Sequence record: NC_079184.1
Strand: one strand, 5' to 3'
Length of the DNA: 53,998 nt
Source of the DNA: Escherichia phage vB_EcoM_DE15
How positions within the stretch are numbered: the stretch's first letter is position 1; each line of letters begins with the position of its first letter. Both the position numbers and the translations under genes were made by a program. Of this stretch, positions 1-7,865 are shown one piece after another. The notes under the pieces were generated by a model. That model saw only the letters and a list, made by a program, of their open reading frames with translations, made no database searches and had not been told where the DNA came from.

Positions 1-88
1 CGATTATATGCGAGAAGAGATTCGATGCGTTAGCGTCGTTTCTCTTTGAGCTAGAATAAGACAAGTAAATTAAATATTTATTTATTCC

Positions 89-101
89 CAATATTGCTAC
101 A
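89..101 (+). repeat. CAATATTGCTACA motif copy 1 (palindromic CAATATTG core)
   Basis: Exact 13-mer repeated at 291-303, and 12/13 at 3238-3250. Preceded by an AT-rich tract. Confidence 0.8.
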
Positions 102-151
102 ATATTAAGAGTAATATTAGGAATGCGTAAAGTTAAAACCAAATGGTACAT

Positions 152-224
152 GGTCGGTCAACTGTATCTCCTTCGGAGAAGGTACTTGGACCAATCTTCG
201 TTCACGGTCGGTCAGCTGTATCTC
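152..224 (+). repeat. 19-nt direct repeat pair GGTCGGTCA(A/G)CTGTATCTC
   Basis: Copies at 152-170 and 206-224 match at 18/19 positions. The first is followed by the small hairpin TCTCC-TTC-GGAGA. Confidence 0.8.
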
Positions 225-290
225 GCCGAAATTTGTTCGAACAGAAGTCCGACTATGAAATAATTTTTTTATAATTTTTTTTTTATTTTT

Positions 291-303
291 CAATATTGCT
301 ACA
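291..303 (+). repeat. CAATATTGCTACA motif copy 2
   Basis: Exact copy of 89-101, preceded by a T-rich tract. TTGCTA (296-301) plus a 15-nt spacer plus TAGAAT (317-322) is weakly sigma70-like. Confidence 0.8.
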
Positions 304-310
304 GAATTAA

Positions 311-388
311 TGAGACTAGAATTCGTAACAAAGCTACGAGACTCGAATTGTTTCAATATTAACGAGACTCAATCTGTGACAATATTAT
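311..388 (+). repeat. Three degenerate 26-bp tandem repeats, each starting (T/C)GAGACT
   Basis: Units at 311-336, 337-362 and 363-388. Units 2 and 3 match at 20/26, units 1 and 2 at 15/26. The 11-mer TAACGAGACTC (360-370) recurs at 17311-17321. Confidence 0.7.
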
Positions 389-569
389 AATTTTATTTTT
401 GGGACGGCGAGGAGGGGAAGCCCAACGTCCTATCGGACTTAAAATACGGTCCCTACCCCAACTTTTTCCTACAGCCTATCGGCTTTCAAACAACACCAAG
501 TTAGGCGCTTCGCTTATGGGTCAAGGTCAAAGTCTCCGTGCTGTTGTAACAATGGCACAGGTTTGTGAT

Positions 570-585
570 ATTAGTTGGACGTGAA
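570..585 (+). promoter_or_regulatory. Putative phage-RNAP promoter (ATTAGTTGGACGTGAA) upstream of the RNAP gene
   Basis: Member of the 10-site intergenic + strand family with consensus ATTAGTTGGATNTGAA. Confidence 0.55.
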
Positions 586-651
586 TTGTGTAATGGCTAC
601 GCTATTATAATCCGTTTCAGTTAAATCATACACAATCTTGGAGACTTACAA

Positions 652-2592
652 ATGACTACTATCACCACTCAAACTATCAAATCCGTTGTTCCTGCTATCA
701 CTGCTCTGGTATACCGTGCCAAAGAGAAACAGAACTATATGCAGCCTCAGACTTGTGCTATTGCTGCCTTAGCCATCTTCAAGATGATGACGTCTTTCAC
801 TCGTGATGACGTTGTCCCTGCCATCGCGATGGTTGAACTGGCTTCTGCTTCTATTGCTGATGCCAACCGTTATAACAACGATTTGAAAGCAATGCACTAT
901 GTTGACCCAGCTATCAACCTCATTGGTCTGGCTAAGCACTTTGGCTTCATCACCATGAACGAAGACAAGTCATTCCAACAGACTGACACATGGGTTGAAC
1001 TGGTTACAACCAAAGACACCGCAGTGCCATTCACTGAGCGTGTTACATCTGAATCTCGTCGCAAGCCTTTCGTTAAAGGTGGCAAAGTTAAGCCATCCAA
1101 AACTCTGAAAGCTGCAATCGAATTCCTGCAAGATACTGAGTACCATGTGGAGACTGAGATGGTTCGCATCATCCAGTCCATGCTTGAGCAACGTACTTAT
1201 GGTGGCTTGCAGATGCCAGAAGCAATCCAGACTGAACTTCATGTTTGGAACAATGCTGTAGCAATGATGAATCAGGACACACTGTATTCTGACTACTTTG
1301 CTGACAACCGTGGTCGCCTGTATCATGTAGCATGTGCTGGTCCTAACCCACAATCTTCTGACTTTGCTCGTTGCTTGTATTCTCACAATGTTGAGAACAT
1401 CGTTAAGAAGTTTAACGAAGATGGTTCTACTACCATTGCATACAATATGTTCATGGCAGAACTGGAAGACATTTCCGGTGGTGAATGGTGCACTGCCAAG
1501 CGTTTGACTTATGTTGCTCAGAATCCAGCTGGTTCACTTGCTCGCATGATGAACATGCCTAAAGCTGAACGTCCTTCCAAGCCATTCACTTATGTTCGTC
1601 TGGCTCTGGATTGGTTCAAGTTTGAGACTACAGGTGAATGCGATTCTCGTGTAGGCTTTGGCTTAGATGCTAAATGTTCTGGTACTCAATATCTGGCATT
1701 CATTGCTGGCAATATGGAAATGGCTCGTGCAACAGGTCTGGTTGATTCTGAGACTAAAGCATCTGACCCATACCAGTTGAGTCTTCGTGAACTGTTGAAG
1801 CTGTTGGACAAGTCTTCAATGAAACCATCTCCTGAAATCATGGATGAATTCTTGAATCCGAAAGCTGGTCGTAAGTTTATCAAAACTCCGTACATGGCTA
1901 TTCAATATGGTGGTGGTAAAGCTGCACTAACTGGTTCATCTGACTTCATCAGCTACATGACGGAAGCTCTCCAGATTCCTATGGAGAAAGCTGAGGCATT
2001 TGCTGAACTGTGTGTAGAAGCAATCCATAACGCATTGGGTGCTAAGATTAACATGTTCATTGAGAAAGCTGCTGAGGCTGCATACAACCGTTGTGTTGAA
2101 CTCAACAAAGAGTACATCACATATCGTCACACTGATGGTCAGGTTGTAATGAAGCCTTGCTTCCCATCTCGTGAAATCTGTGAGGCATTCAGCATTCGTG
2201 TTGACAGCCAAACTCGTGTTATCTTTGGTCAGATTCAGGAGAATAAGCCTTGGACCATTCGTGAATCCAACCCAACTAAAGAAGAATTCAAGCGTACTTT
2301 CGTTGTTAACTACATTCAAGGTATTGACGCATTGGTTGCTCGTACTGTTGCAGTTAAAGCTAAAGAAGCTGGTCTTCGTGGTTTCACTTCAATCCACGAT
2401 TGTTTCCGTTGCTGTTTGGCAGATGCTCCACGTATGATGGAAGTTATTCGTGCAGCATATGTTGAAATCTTTGTAACCAACAATCAATTCGAGAATCTGT
2501 CTAAGCAACTTGGTGGCATTCAGATGTATCATGAGAACATCGTAACTGAAGAACTCCTGATGTCTGAACACGCTTACTACTTCTGTCAATAA
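652..2592 (+). CDS. Single-subunit T7-like DNA-directed RNA polymerase, compact (646 aa)
   Basis: Motifs read by eye: DNRGRLYH, GLDAKCSGTQYLA (motif A), KTPYMAIQYGGG (motif B) and SIHDCF (motif C). RBS GGAG at 640-643. Confidence 0.9.
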   Translation: MTTITTQTIKSVVPAITALVYRAKEKQNYMQPQTCAIAALAIFKMMTSFTRDDVVPAIAMVELASASIADANRYNNDLKAMHYVDPAINLIGLAKHFGFITMNEDKSFQQTDTWVELVTTKDTAVPFTERVTSESRRKPFVKGGKVKPSKTLKAAIEFLQDTEYHVETEMVRIIQSMLEQRTYGGLQMPEAIQTELHVWNNAVAMMNQDTLYSDYFADNRGRLYHVACAGPNPQSSDFARCLYSHNVENIVKKFNEDGSTTIAYNMFMAELEDISGGEWCTAKRLTYVAQNPAGSLARMMNMPKAERPSKPFTYVRLALDWFKFETTGECDSRVGFGLDAKCSGTQYLAFIAGNMEMARATGLVDSETKASDPYQLSLRELLKLLDKSSMKPSPEIMDEFLNPKAGRKFIKTPYMAIQYGGGKAALTGSSDFISYMTEALQIPMEKAEAFAELCVEAIHNALGAKINMFIEKAAEAAYNRCVELNKEYITYRHTDGQVVMKPCFPSREICEAFSIRVDSQTRVIFGQIQENKPWTIRESNPTKEEFKRTFVVNYIQGIDALVARTVAVKAKEAGLRGFTSIHDCFRCCLADAPRMMEVIRAAYVEIFVTNNQFENLSKQLGGIQMYHENIVTEELLMSEHAYYFCQ

Positions 2593-2599
2593 GAGAAAC

Positions 2600-2630
2600 A
2601 GGGCTGGCAATAGCTGGCCCTATTCTTGTT
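2600..2630 (+). terminator. Hairpin plus T-rich tail after the RNAP gene
   Basis: 9-bp stem 2600-2608/2613-2621 (2 G-U pairs), loop AATA, then TATTCTTGTT. Confidence 0.5.
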
Positions 2631-2695
2631 CATCAACAACTAAATCCCAATATTCAAGCAATATTGCTGCATGTAATATTGCTCCGATATTCGAC

Positions 2696-2711
2696 ATTAG
2701 TTGGATATGAA
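2696..2711 (+). promoter_or_regulatory. Putative phage-RNAP promoter (ATTAGTTGGATATGAA)
   Basis: Consensus family member, about 75 nt after the RNAP-gene terminator. Confidence 0.55.
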
Positions 2712-3237
2712 GTAAAAGAATACGGAGAAATATTCCGCATGTCATGTTGAATCATTCTAGAAACATTCAGCATGTCAGCTTTGAGTTACAGCGTTGTAAT
2801 GATGTGGCAATCATTGAACTCCCTGGGAAGGCCACCTATAGTTCCAGCAACCATGACTTAGAGTAGGAATATCTATCCGAAACTTGGACTTCATTGTAGT
2901 TTGGTGTGCTTCATCGTGAGAAAGGTTGTGATAACTTTCGTAAGCAGGTGTTGAACTAACAACAGAACATCGTGTTAGCCATCTTGATTAAGTTACAAGA
3001 AAGTCAACAAATCAGCATGTCTATTAGTAACAATCTTGTTCCTTCTCCTATTATCAAGGCCCACCCACAAGCCGGGAGATAACTTTGACAAGACTGGAAC
3101 TTTTGGACATGCTTCTTTCTTTCTACAAGAATTCGAAAGAAGAGAAGAGTCGGAGCAAAGCCGCGAAACTAATCCCGTAGCCCGCCCCCGATTTTGAGCA
3201 ACAAATATTGTGACAATTGCGTCGCAGTATGGCATGT

Positions 3238-3250
3238 AAATATTGCTACA
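3238..3250 (+). repeat. AAATATTGCTACA, third copy of the left-end 12-mer
   Basis: AATATTGCTACA is identical to 90-101 and 292-303. It directly follows a GCATGT motif. Confidence 0.8.
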
Positions 3251-3672
3251 AATTGGCATGTTGGAATGTGGCAGAATTGTTAGAGGACTAATCACCTCGA
3301 AGATACAATCGTCTACCAATCTGGCATGTTAATTTTGTAACAGTATTTGTGCCAATTTCGCATGTAATAGTTGTATCAGTATTGACCCAATATTCTTGCA
3401 ACCCGCATGAATACTGGCTTCCAGCCAAGCGAAGGCTTTATCATCGCATGTAATATTGTGACAATATTGGGATAAAACCCTTTATTTAAATCATTTAGTT
3501 TATTAATTAAATGGTCGGTTTTCTGTACATAGGTATTCAACTGTTTGTGCCAAATACAAACAAGTTGGCTGCTTCTACAGAACTCCAGTGCTACAAATGT
3601 TCGTGCCAATCTGCTGCAATTTATCTCATTTGGCGGGGTAATATTGTATTAGGTTGGTACGTCATTATTTCG

Positions 3673-3688
3673 ATTAGTTGCATGTGAA
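3673..3688 (+). promoter_or_regulatory. Putative phage-RNAP promoter (ATTAGTTGCATGTGAA), a hybrid with the GCATGT motif
   Basis: 15/16 match to the consensus. It contains the last GCATGT of the array. Confidence 0.5.
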
Positions 3689-3838
3689 TAAGACCAAATC
3701 TCTGTAAATTCTGTGACAGATTTTAGAGAGATTATGTCTCCAAGCTAATCATTGTAGTTCTTCGGCACTTAATGTGTCACATATATAGCCTGTGAAAAAC
3801 GTGTGGTTTATTGCTGGATTGCAACGCGCCCACCAGAC

Positions 3839-3949
3839 TAGGGAGTCCGTGATGGCGGCACACAGGAATACTATATAACTCCCTACAACTTTAAGGTGGA
3901 TTGAGGTAAGACAAGACCTCCACAATCGTTCTGTAGGGAGTTTTCTTTA
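3839..3949 (+). promoter_or_regulatory. Leader with mutually exclusive pairings, terminator-like
   Basis: AACTCCCTACA (3877-3887) can pair with TGTAGGGAGTT (3932-3942, 11 bp, followed by TTTTCTTTA). Alternatively it can pair with the upstream TAGGGAGT (3839-3846, 8 bp). Confidence 0.4.
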
Positions 3950-3964
3950 ACTTGGGAGAATAAA

Positions 3965-4213
3965 ATGGATACTGTGACTAAAGCTGCTTACTTTAAAGAC
4001 TTGTCAGATGGTCAAATATTTTCTATTCGCTCTGTAAAGTGGATTAAAGTAAATGAATCAGACAAGTACAATGCTGTAAAGTTCTTTGATTCAAGCAAGG
4101 CATGTACTTTTAGTGACAATATTGTTGTAAATATTGAAGTCGAATTAGAGCCAGATGATTCAAATGATGAAATCATTCTGCGTAAAACTGTTGGATACAC
4201 TAAAGGATTCTGA
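3965..4213 (+). CDS. Hypothetical early protein (82 aa)
   Basis: ORF with RBS GGGAGA at 3954-3959. First gene after the ORF-free array. Confidence 0.6.
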   Translation: MDTVTKAAYFKDLSDGQIFSIRSVKWIKVNESDKYNAVKFFDSSKACTFSDNIVVNIEVELEPDDSNDEIILRKTVGYTKGF

Positions 4214-4214
4214 A

Positions 4215-4445
4215 ATGGATTATGCACTGTATCACTATATAAGCAGGACTGGGCTTGTTCGTCACGCTTTGGTCAACATTAAAACCAAAGACATACTGTT
4301 GGCTGGCTTGTCAATTTACGAAAACAATTTAGTATGGAAACGTGCTGTACATCCTGGACATGTTTGGGATGTAATTCAGTCTGACAAATACCACAAAATT
4401 GTTGCAATGGCTAACCGACCAGAGCACATCAAGCCGAGGAAATAA
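4215..4445 (+). CDS. Hypothetical protein (76 aa)
   Basis: ATG at 4215, two nt after the upstream stop. In frame with track ORF 4155-4445. Confidence 0.55.
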   Translation: MDYALYHYISRTGLVRHALVNIKTKDILLAGLSIYENNLVWKRAVHPGHVWDVIQSDKYHKIVAMANRPEHIKPRK

Positions 4446-4447
4446 TC

Positions 4448-4636
4448 ATGGACTTCATCGTCTACTTTAAGTTAAATGGTGTAGAGCAAAGTTTGTACTT
4501 CAATTCTTTACTTCGTTTGCAACAGTGGGCGGAGAAGTTTGTTGGTTACGACTTTGATTACATCAATGCATGTACAACTGACGAACATGAGGAAATCGTG
4601 TTCAGTTCTTTAAATCAAATTCTGGAGGCCAAGTGA
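4448..4636 (+). CDS. Hypothetical protein (62 aa)
   Basis: Tightly packed ORF. Confidence 0.55.
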   Translation: MDFIVYFKLNGVEQSLYFNSLLRLQQWAEKFVGYDFDYINACTTDEHEEIVFSSLNQILEAK

Positions 4637-4824
4637 AGAGCAAGATTCTTAAGTCAGCAATGTATAATCTGCATTTCGGACTCAGCTACCCTACAGTAAA
4701 GCGTCAAGAGAAACGATTTTCACGACTACCTGCACGGACTGTTGCCAAAGAGGTTAAGAAGGCGAGCGAGATTCTAAAGTTCGTTATGTGGAAACGTGTT
4801 GTATTAACTCCGGAGACCAAATGA
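4633..4824 (+). CDS. Hypothetical small basic protein (63 aa)
   Basis: GTG start overlapping the upstream stop. Shares the PAR.VAK.V motif with ORF 5084-5248. Confidence 0.5.
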   Translation: MKSKILKSAMYNLHFGLSYPTVKRQEKRFSRLPARTVAKEVKKASEILKFVMWKRVVLTPETK

Positions 4825-5087
4825 GCCAGTTTAAGTTAAAAGCAGATTTAATCGAGTTGGCCTCTTATGAAGAGAAAATCGAATTCATCCAAGAACGTTT
4901 GGTTGTCAACTACGGTGGTTGGATTGATGTTTCTACAAATGAGTTGGTGGTTCGTATCAAGGAAGAGTTTGGTATTGAAATCACTAACAAACAGTTTTAT
5001 GAAGATGTTCTCACAGATAAAGTTATTCGAGGCATCACAAACAATTTCATGTCCAGCTTTATGGAAGGTGGGCCACGTTTAAAATGA
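4821..5087 (+). CDS. Hypothetical protein (88 aa)
   Basis: ATG at 4821 in an ATGA overlap. RBS GGAG at 4812-4815. Confidence 0.6.
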   Translation: MSQFKLKADLIELASYEEKIEFIQERLVVNYGGWIDVSTNELVVRIKEEFGIEITNKQFYEDVLTDKVIRGITNNFMSSFMEGGPRLK

Positions 5088-5248
5088 AGAAGCTCAAATA
5101 TATGACCAAAACGGTTACATATATGGCTATGTATGGTGCTTCAAAGCGTAAGGCTAAGAAATTGGCAAGAGCTGCAAATCCTCGTATGCCAGCACGTAAA
5201 GTGGCCAAAATCGTTAATCTGGTATTTGGCAATTGGAGTATTAAGTGA
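5084..5248 (+). CDS. Hypothetical small basic protein (54 aa)
   Basis: Hand-translated as MKKLKYMTKTV...PARKVAKIVNLVFGNWSIK. ATGA overlap with the upstream gene. Below the track size cut-off. Confidence 0.4.
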   Translation: MKKLKYMTKTVTYMAMYGASKRKAKKLARAANPRMPARKVAKIVNLVFGNWSIK

Positions 5249-5427
5249 ATTATGAGAATCTGCTATTAAGAACTAGTGGTGGGATGCTCATACTGACCAC
5301 ACCTGAGTTTCATTTCACAAGGGTATACTCCGAAGAATTTAAATCCTGGTTCCCAGCAAATCTAAAAACACGATGGCTTAAAGATTGTGTGCCTGTTGGG
5401 AAGAATGTAAAGCTAAGGAGTAAATAA
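5245..5427 (+). CDS. Hypothetical protein (60 aa)
   Basis: GTG start overlapping the upstream stop. Confidence 0.4.
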   Translation: MNYENLLLRTSGGMLILTTPEFHFTRVYSEEFKSWFPANLKTRWLKDCVPVGKNVKLRSK

Positions 5428-5600
5428 TGAACGACCAGCAATTCAACACATTCATGCAGCAAATTAATCATCAAGAACTGATGGATGCCATTAAAGGCAA
5501 GAAGCCAGTCGAACGTCAATATCGTAAAATTGATAATTATATGCCAACAATCATTGCATGTGTTGGTGTTGCTATTGTTCTCTACTTCCTGGTGAAATAA
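5427..5600 (+). CDS. Hypothetical protein with C-terminal transmembrane segment (57 aa)
   Basis: Hand-translated as MNDQQFN...PTIIACVGVAIVLYFLVK. Confidence 0.45.
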   Translation: MNDQQFNTFMQQINHQELMDAIKGKKPVERQYRKIDNYMPTIIACVGVAIVLYFLVK

Positions 5601-5686
5601 TGTCGATTGCTAAGAAACTGTTATTCTGTATCGTAATGTTCCCTATGGTGCTGCTCGTTGTGGGCAGCTTCATGTACTTAAACTAA
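5600..5686 (+). CDS. Possible 28-aa membrane peptide
   Basis: Hand-translated as MSIAKKLLFCIVMFPMVLLVVGSFMYLN. The start overlaps the upstream stop. Confidence 0.3.
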   Translation: MSIAKKLLFCIVMFPMVLLVVGSFMYLN

Positions 5687-5695
5687 GGTAATTAA

Positions 5696-6004
5696 ATGGC
5701 TTCTTTACTCGAATTCTCAAATATTGCAAATGTTGCTAAGAATTCTATTCCGGAAAATCCGGACGTAATTGCGTACATGCGTGTTGATGTAAGTTTGTTA
5801 GCTTTTGTAATGGACCACATCAACCTTGTTGAAGCGCAGTTATCTCAGTCTTACGAAACAGTTGACACTCTTCGTGGACTTCGTACAGCAGAGCAACAGG
5901 CTTATGCTGACCTCATGGAGCAAAAGAACAAGCTCCAAGAACAACTGGCAGACGCACTTCAACAAATTGAAGACATGAAGCCACCAGCAGAATCAACCAA
6001 ATAA
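5696..6004 (+). CDS. Hypothetical protein, coiled-coil C-terminal half (102 aa)
   Basis: ORF with RBS AAGG upstream. Confidence 0.6.
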   Translation: MASLLEFSNIANVAKNSIPENPDVIAYMRVDVSLLAFVMDHINLVEAQLSQSYETVDTLRGLRTAEQQAYADLMEQKNKLQEQLADALQQIEDMKPPAESTK

Positions 6005-6022
6005 TCAAACTTAGGAGTTGTT

Positions 6023-6283
6023 ATGGCTACCAAAACAGGCATGATGATTGTCCCAAGCCGTAATAACTCTTTAAGCGGCTTTACACCATATAAAATCTAC
6101 GAAGTGATTTCTGGCACTGGTGAAGCAAACCTGTCAGAAGTTGCTTTGAAGTTGGGCCGTATGGTCCACTCCGAAATCTCCTGTAACGTAGTTGATGATG
6201 AAGGTAAAATCCGTTTTGTAACAATGGATTTCTTTCGTGAATTTAACCTCAAATCTGAATTAGGAGTCCTGTATCATGAATGA
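6023..6283 (+). CDS. Hypothetical protein (86 aa)
   Basis: RBS AGGAG upstream. Confidence 0.65.
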   Translation: MATKTGMMIVPSRNNSLSGFTPYKIYEVISGTGEANLSEVALKLGRMVHSEISCNVVDDEGKIRFVTMDFFREFNLKSELGVLYHE

Positions 6284-6464
6284 GGATGATGATGATGTTG
6301 TTTGCCCGAAGTGTGGCAGCAATAACGTAGACCATGTAGCACACGAAGCAGTGGGAATGTATGGTCCCGTAGTTCTGGACAGTGCATTCTGTGTAGATTG
6401 TGGTTTAAACATTTATCATGGAAAACTTATAGACAATAGTGGGAATATCCCGCCAAAAGGATAA
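6276..6464 (+). CDS. Small zinc-ribbon protein (62 aa)
   Basis: Cys pairs CPKCGS and CVDCG. Confidence 0.6.
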   Translation: MNEDDDDVVCPKCGSNNVDHVAHEAVGMYGPVVLDSAFCVDCGLNIYHGKLIDNSGNIPPKG

Positions 6465-6466
6465 TC

Positions 6467-6694
6467 ATGAAATTTAAATGTGTTGCTTCAACCAAAGATT
6501 ATGTTCCAGTTGGCTTCATCGTTGAAGGTGAAGCTATCTCACCTTTGGAATTTAAAGTGACCAAATCGGCTGAGAGTGTTTCTCCAGCATTTCGTAAAGG
6601 TGCTGTAGTGCCTATGAATGGTACATTCTGGACATGGCAGCGCGACCATGAAGCAGAATTTGCAGACATTTGTGAACAAGGTTTATTGCAATGA
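6467..6694 (+). CDS. Hypothetical protein, paralog of 6691-6921 (75 aa)
   Basis: Shares the MKFKCV start, a VG..(V/I)EGE motif and a W.W C-terminal motif with its neighbour. Confidence 0.6.
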   Translation: MKFKCVASTKDYVPVGFIVEGEAISPLEFKVTKSAESVSPAFRKGAVVPMNGTFWTWQRDHEAEFADICEQGLLQ

Positions 6695-6921
6695 CAAAGT
6701 TTAAATGTGTGAAATCAACCTCTTCATCTGAACATACTCCGAAAGTTGGGGATGTGATTGAGGGAGAACTTATCCACATACAGAGAAGACACGGAACAGA
6801 CACTCGAATAGTTATTTCGAATGTTGGAAACCGAATGGCTGCAAACGGAAGGCCATATTGGAACATTGGTGAAAAGGTTCCGCTAAAAGGTAGTGTCTGG
6901 TCCTGGGAAGAAGTTAAATAA
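6691..6921 (+). CDS. Hypothetical protein, paralog of 6467-6694 (76 aa)
   Basis: Contains MTKFKCVKS...VGDVIEGELI...GSVWSWEE. Confidence 0.6.
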   Translation: MTKFKCVKSTSSSEHTPKVGDVIEGELIHIQRRHGTDTRIVISNVGNRMAANGRPYWNIGEKVPLKGSVWSWEEVK

Positions 6922-6927
6922 TTTCCT

Positions 6928-6954
6928 CAACCACTTTTGTAATGAGAGTGGTTG
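6928..6954 (+). terminator. Hairpin (8-bp stem CAACCACT/AGTGGTTG)
   Basis: Stem 6928-6935/6947-6954, 11-nt loop. The downstream sequence is AT-rich but has no clean T-run. Confidence 0.35.
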
Positions 6955-6984
6955 CTGAATATTATTAATTAACTTGGAGCATTT

Positions 6985-7275
6985 ATGAAACAACGTACTC
7001 GTTTACAACGTGACCCAGCCACAGGTCGCATGTTGCCAGCATACTTGAAAGTTGGTGACTTGGTTTACACTCGCGACTTTGCTTTTGACATTTGCCCAAG
7101 CAAAGCATATGAAGTTCTTGCCACCAGCTTGTCTGGTCCTAAAGTAATATTTGGTGCACTTGAGCCAATCCAGTTAACCGGAACTCAGTTTGTCATTAAA
7201 GACGAATCTGGTTGCAACCGAATCTTCAATCTTGAAGGAGGTTTATCCAAATGGGAGAAGGTGAAGCGTGGGTAA
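6985..7275 (+). CDS. Hypothetical protein (96 aa)
   Basis: RBS GGAG upstream. Contains a KVGDLVY beta-barrel-like motif. Confidence 0.6.
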   Translation: MKQRTRLQRDPATGRMLPAYLKVGDLVYTRDFAFDICPSKAYEVLATSLSGPKVIFGALEPIQLTGTQFVIKDESGCNRIFNLEGGLSKWEKVKRG

Positions 7276-7501
7276 GAATTATATCGAAATGTTTAAGCGA
7301 TTGTCTGTAAATGGGCAGGAGTTCTTGTTAAACGATGCAAGACAAGATATTGAATTGTCTGACAAGTATTCTTATTTTGCCCAAAAGACAATTGTGAAGT
7401 GGACATTCTCTTACATGTCCGCCAGTATTCCAGGAGAAACGCTCGTAATTAGCGGTTCTGGAGATTCAGTTTTAGCAGCTTTGGAGAAACTAAAGCAATG
7501 A
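7268..7501 (+). CDS. Hypothetical protein (77 aa)
   Basis: GTG start overlapping the upstream gene. Confidence 0.5.
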   Translation: MGKNYIEMFKRLSVNGQEFLLNDARQDIELSDKYSYFAQKTIVKWTFSYMSASIPGETLVISGSGDSVLAALEKLKQ

Positions 7502-7785
7502 ACAAGAATTCAATTTTGCGTTATGTTGGTAAAACAAACTACAACTTTACCAACGGTAAGAAATACAAAATCGTCGCAGGTCGTGGTGACGGGGTTCCTC
7601 GCAACAACGGTACACTCGGTGCGTATATTCAATCTCCTTTGGGTTTTGTCGTTAATGATGATAACAGCAATTTATGTTATCGTACATTCTCCGATAATTG
7701 GGAACTTGTGAAAGATTCTGGTGAAGTTAGTTGGTATAAACCTGAATCAACAATCGACCCAATTCCTATTTCAAAATCTATGTGA
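7498..7785 (+). CDS. Hypothetical protein (95 aa)
   Basis: ATGA overlap with the upstream gene. Confidence 0.6.
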   Translation: MNKNSILRYVGKTNYNFTNGKKYKIVAGRGDGVPRNNGTLGAYIQSPLGFVVNDDNSNLCYRTFSDNWELVKDSGEVSWYKPESTIDPIPISKSM

Positions 7786-7828
7786 TTAACAATGGGCATC
7801 TTCTGTAGGTGTCCATGATTAATCCAAC

Positions 7829-7844
7829 ATTAGTTGAATGTGAA
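7829..7844 (+). promoter_or_regulatory. Putative phage-RNAP promoter (ATTAGTTGAATGTGAA)
   Basis: Consensus family member, 22 nt upstream of the macro-domain gene. Confidence 0.55.
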
Positions 7845-7865
7845 TAACAACTACTGGAGCAGATT

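Larger units (their letters stand above)
2669..3685 (+). repeat. Array of 10 exact GCATGT motifs (plus 1 GCATGA), often followed by AATATTG
   Basis: GCATGT starts at 2669, 2737, 2770, 3015, 3232, 3256, 3324, 3360, 3446 and 3680; GCATGA at 3405. All are on the + strand inside an ORF-free 1.37-kb region. Confidence 0.8.

Noticed and set aside
399-584. Track ORFs inside non-coding regions: 399-584, 2993-3319(-), 3376-3609(-), 13030-13230, 15141-15362, 15496-15696(-), 15991-16206, 17220-17744(-).
   Set aside because: They have no RBS. The one checked in detail (13030-13230) uses rare agg/aga/cgg/ggg codons unlike the real genes. None has a recognisable domain. One overlaps the tRNA-like gene.
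3229-3335. Sigma54-type promoters suggested by TGGCATG...TTGC within the GCATGT motifs.
   Set aside because: The spacing between the GG and GC elements is off by 1-2 nt in the copies checked. Several copies lack the TGGCA or TTGC element.
2669-3451. GCATGTAATATT read as an extended -10 (TGnTAATAT / TGTAAT) sigma70 promoter.
   Set aside because: In the copies I checked, no acceptable -35 hexamer lies 16-18 nt upstream. The idea cannot be excluded for extended -10 promoters, but it is not supported.
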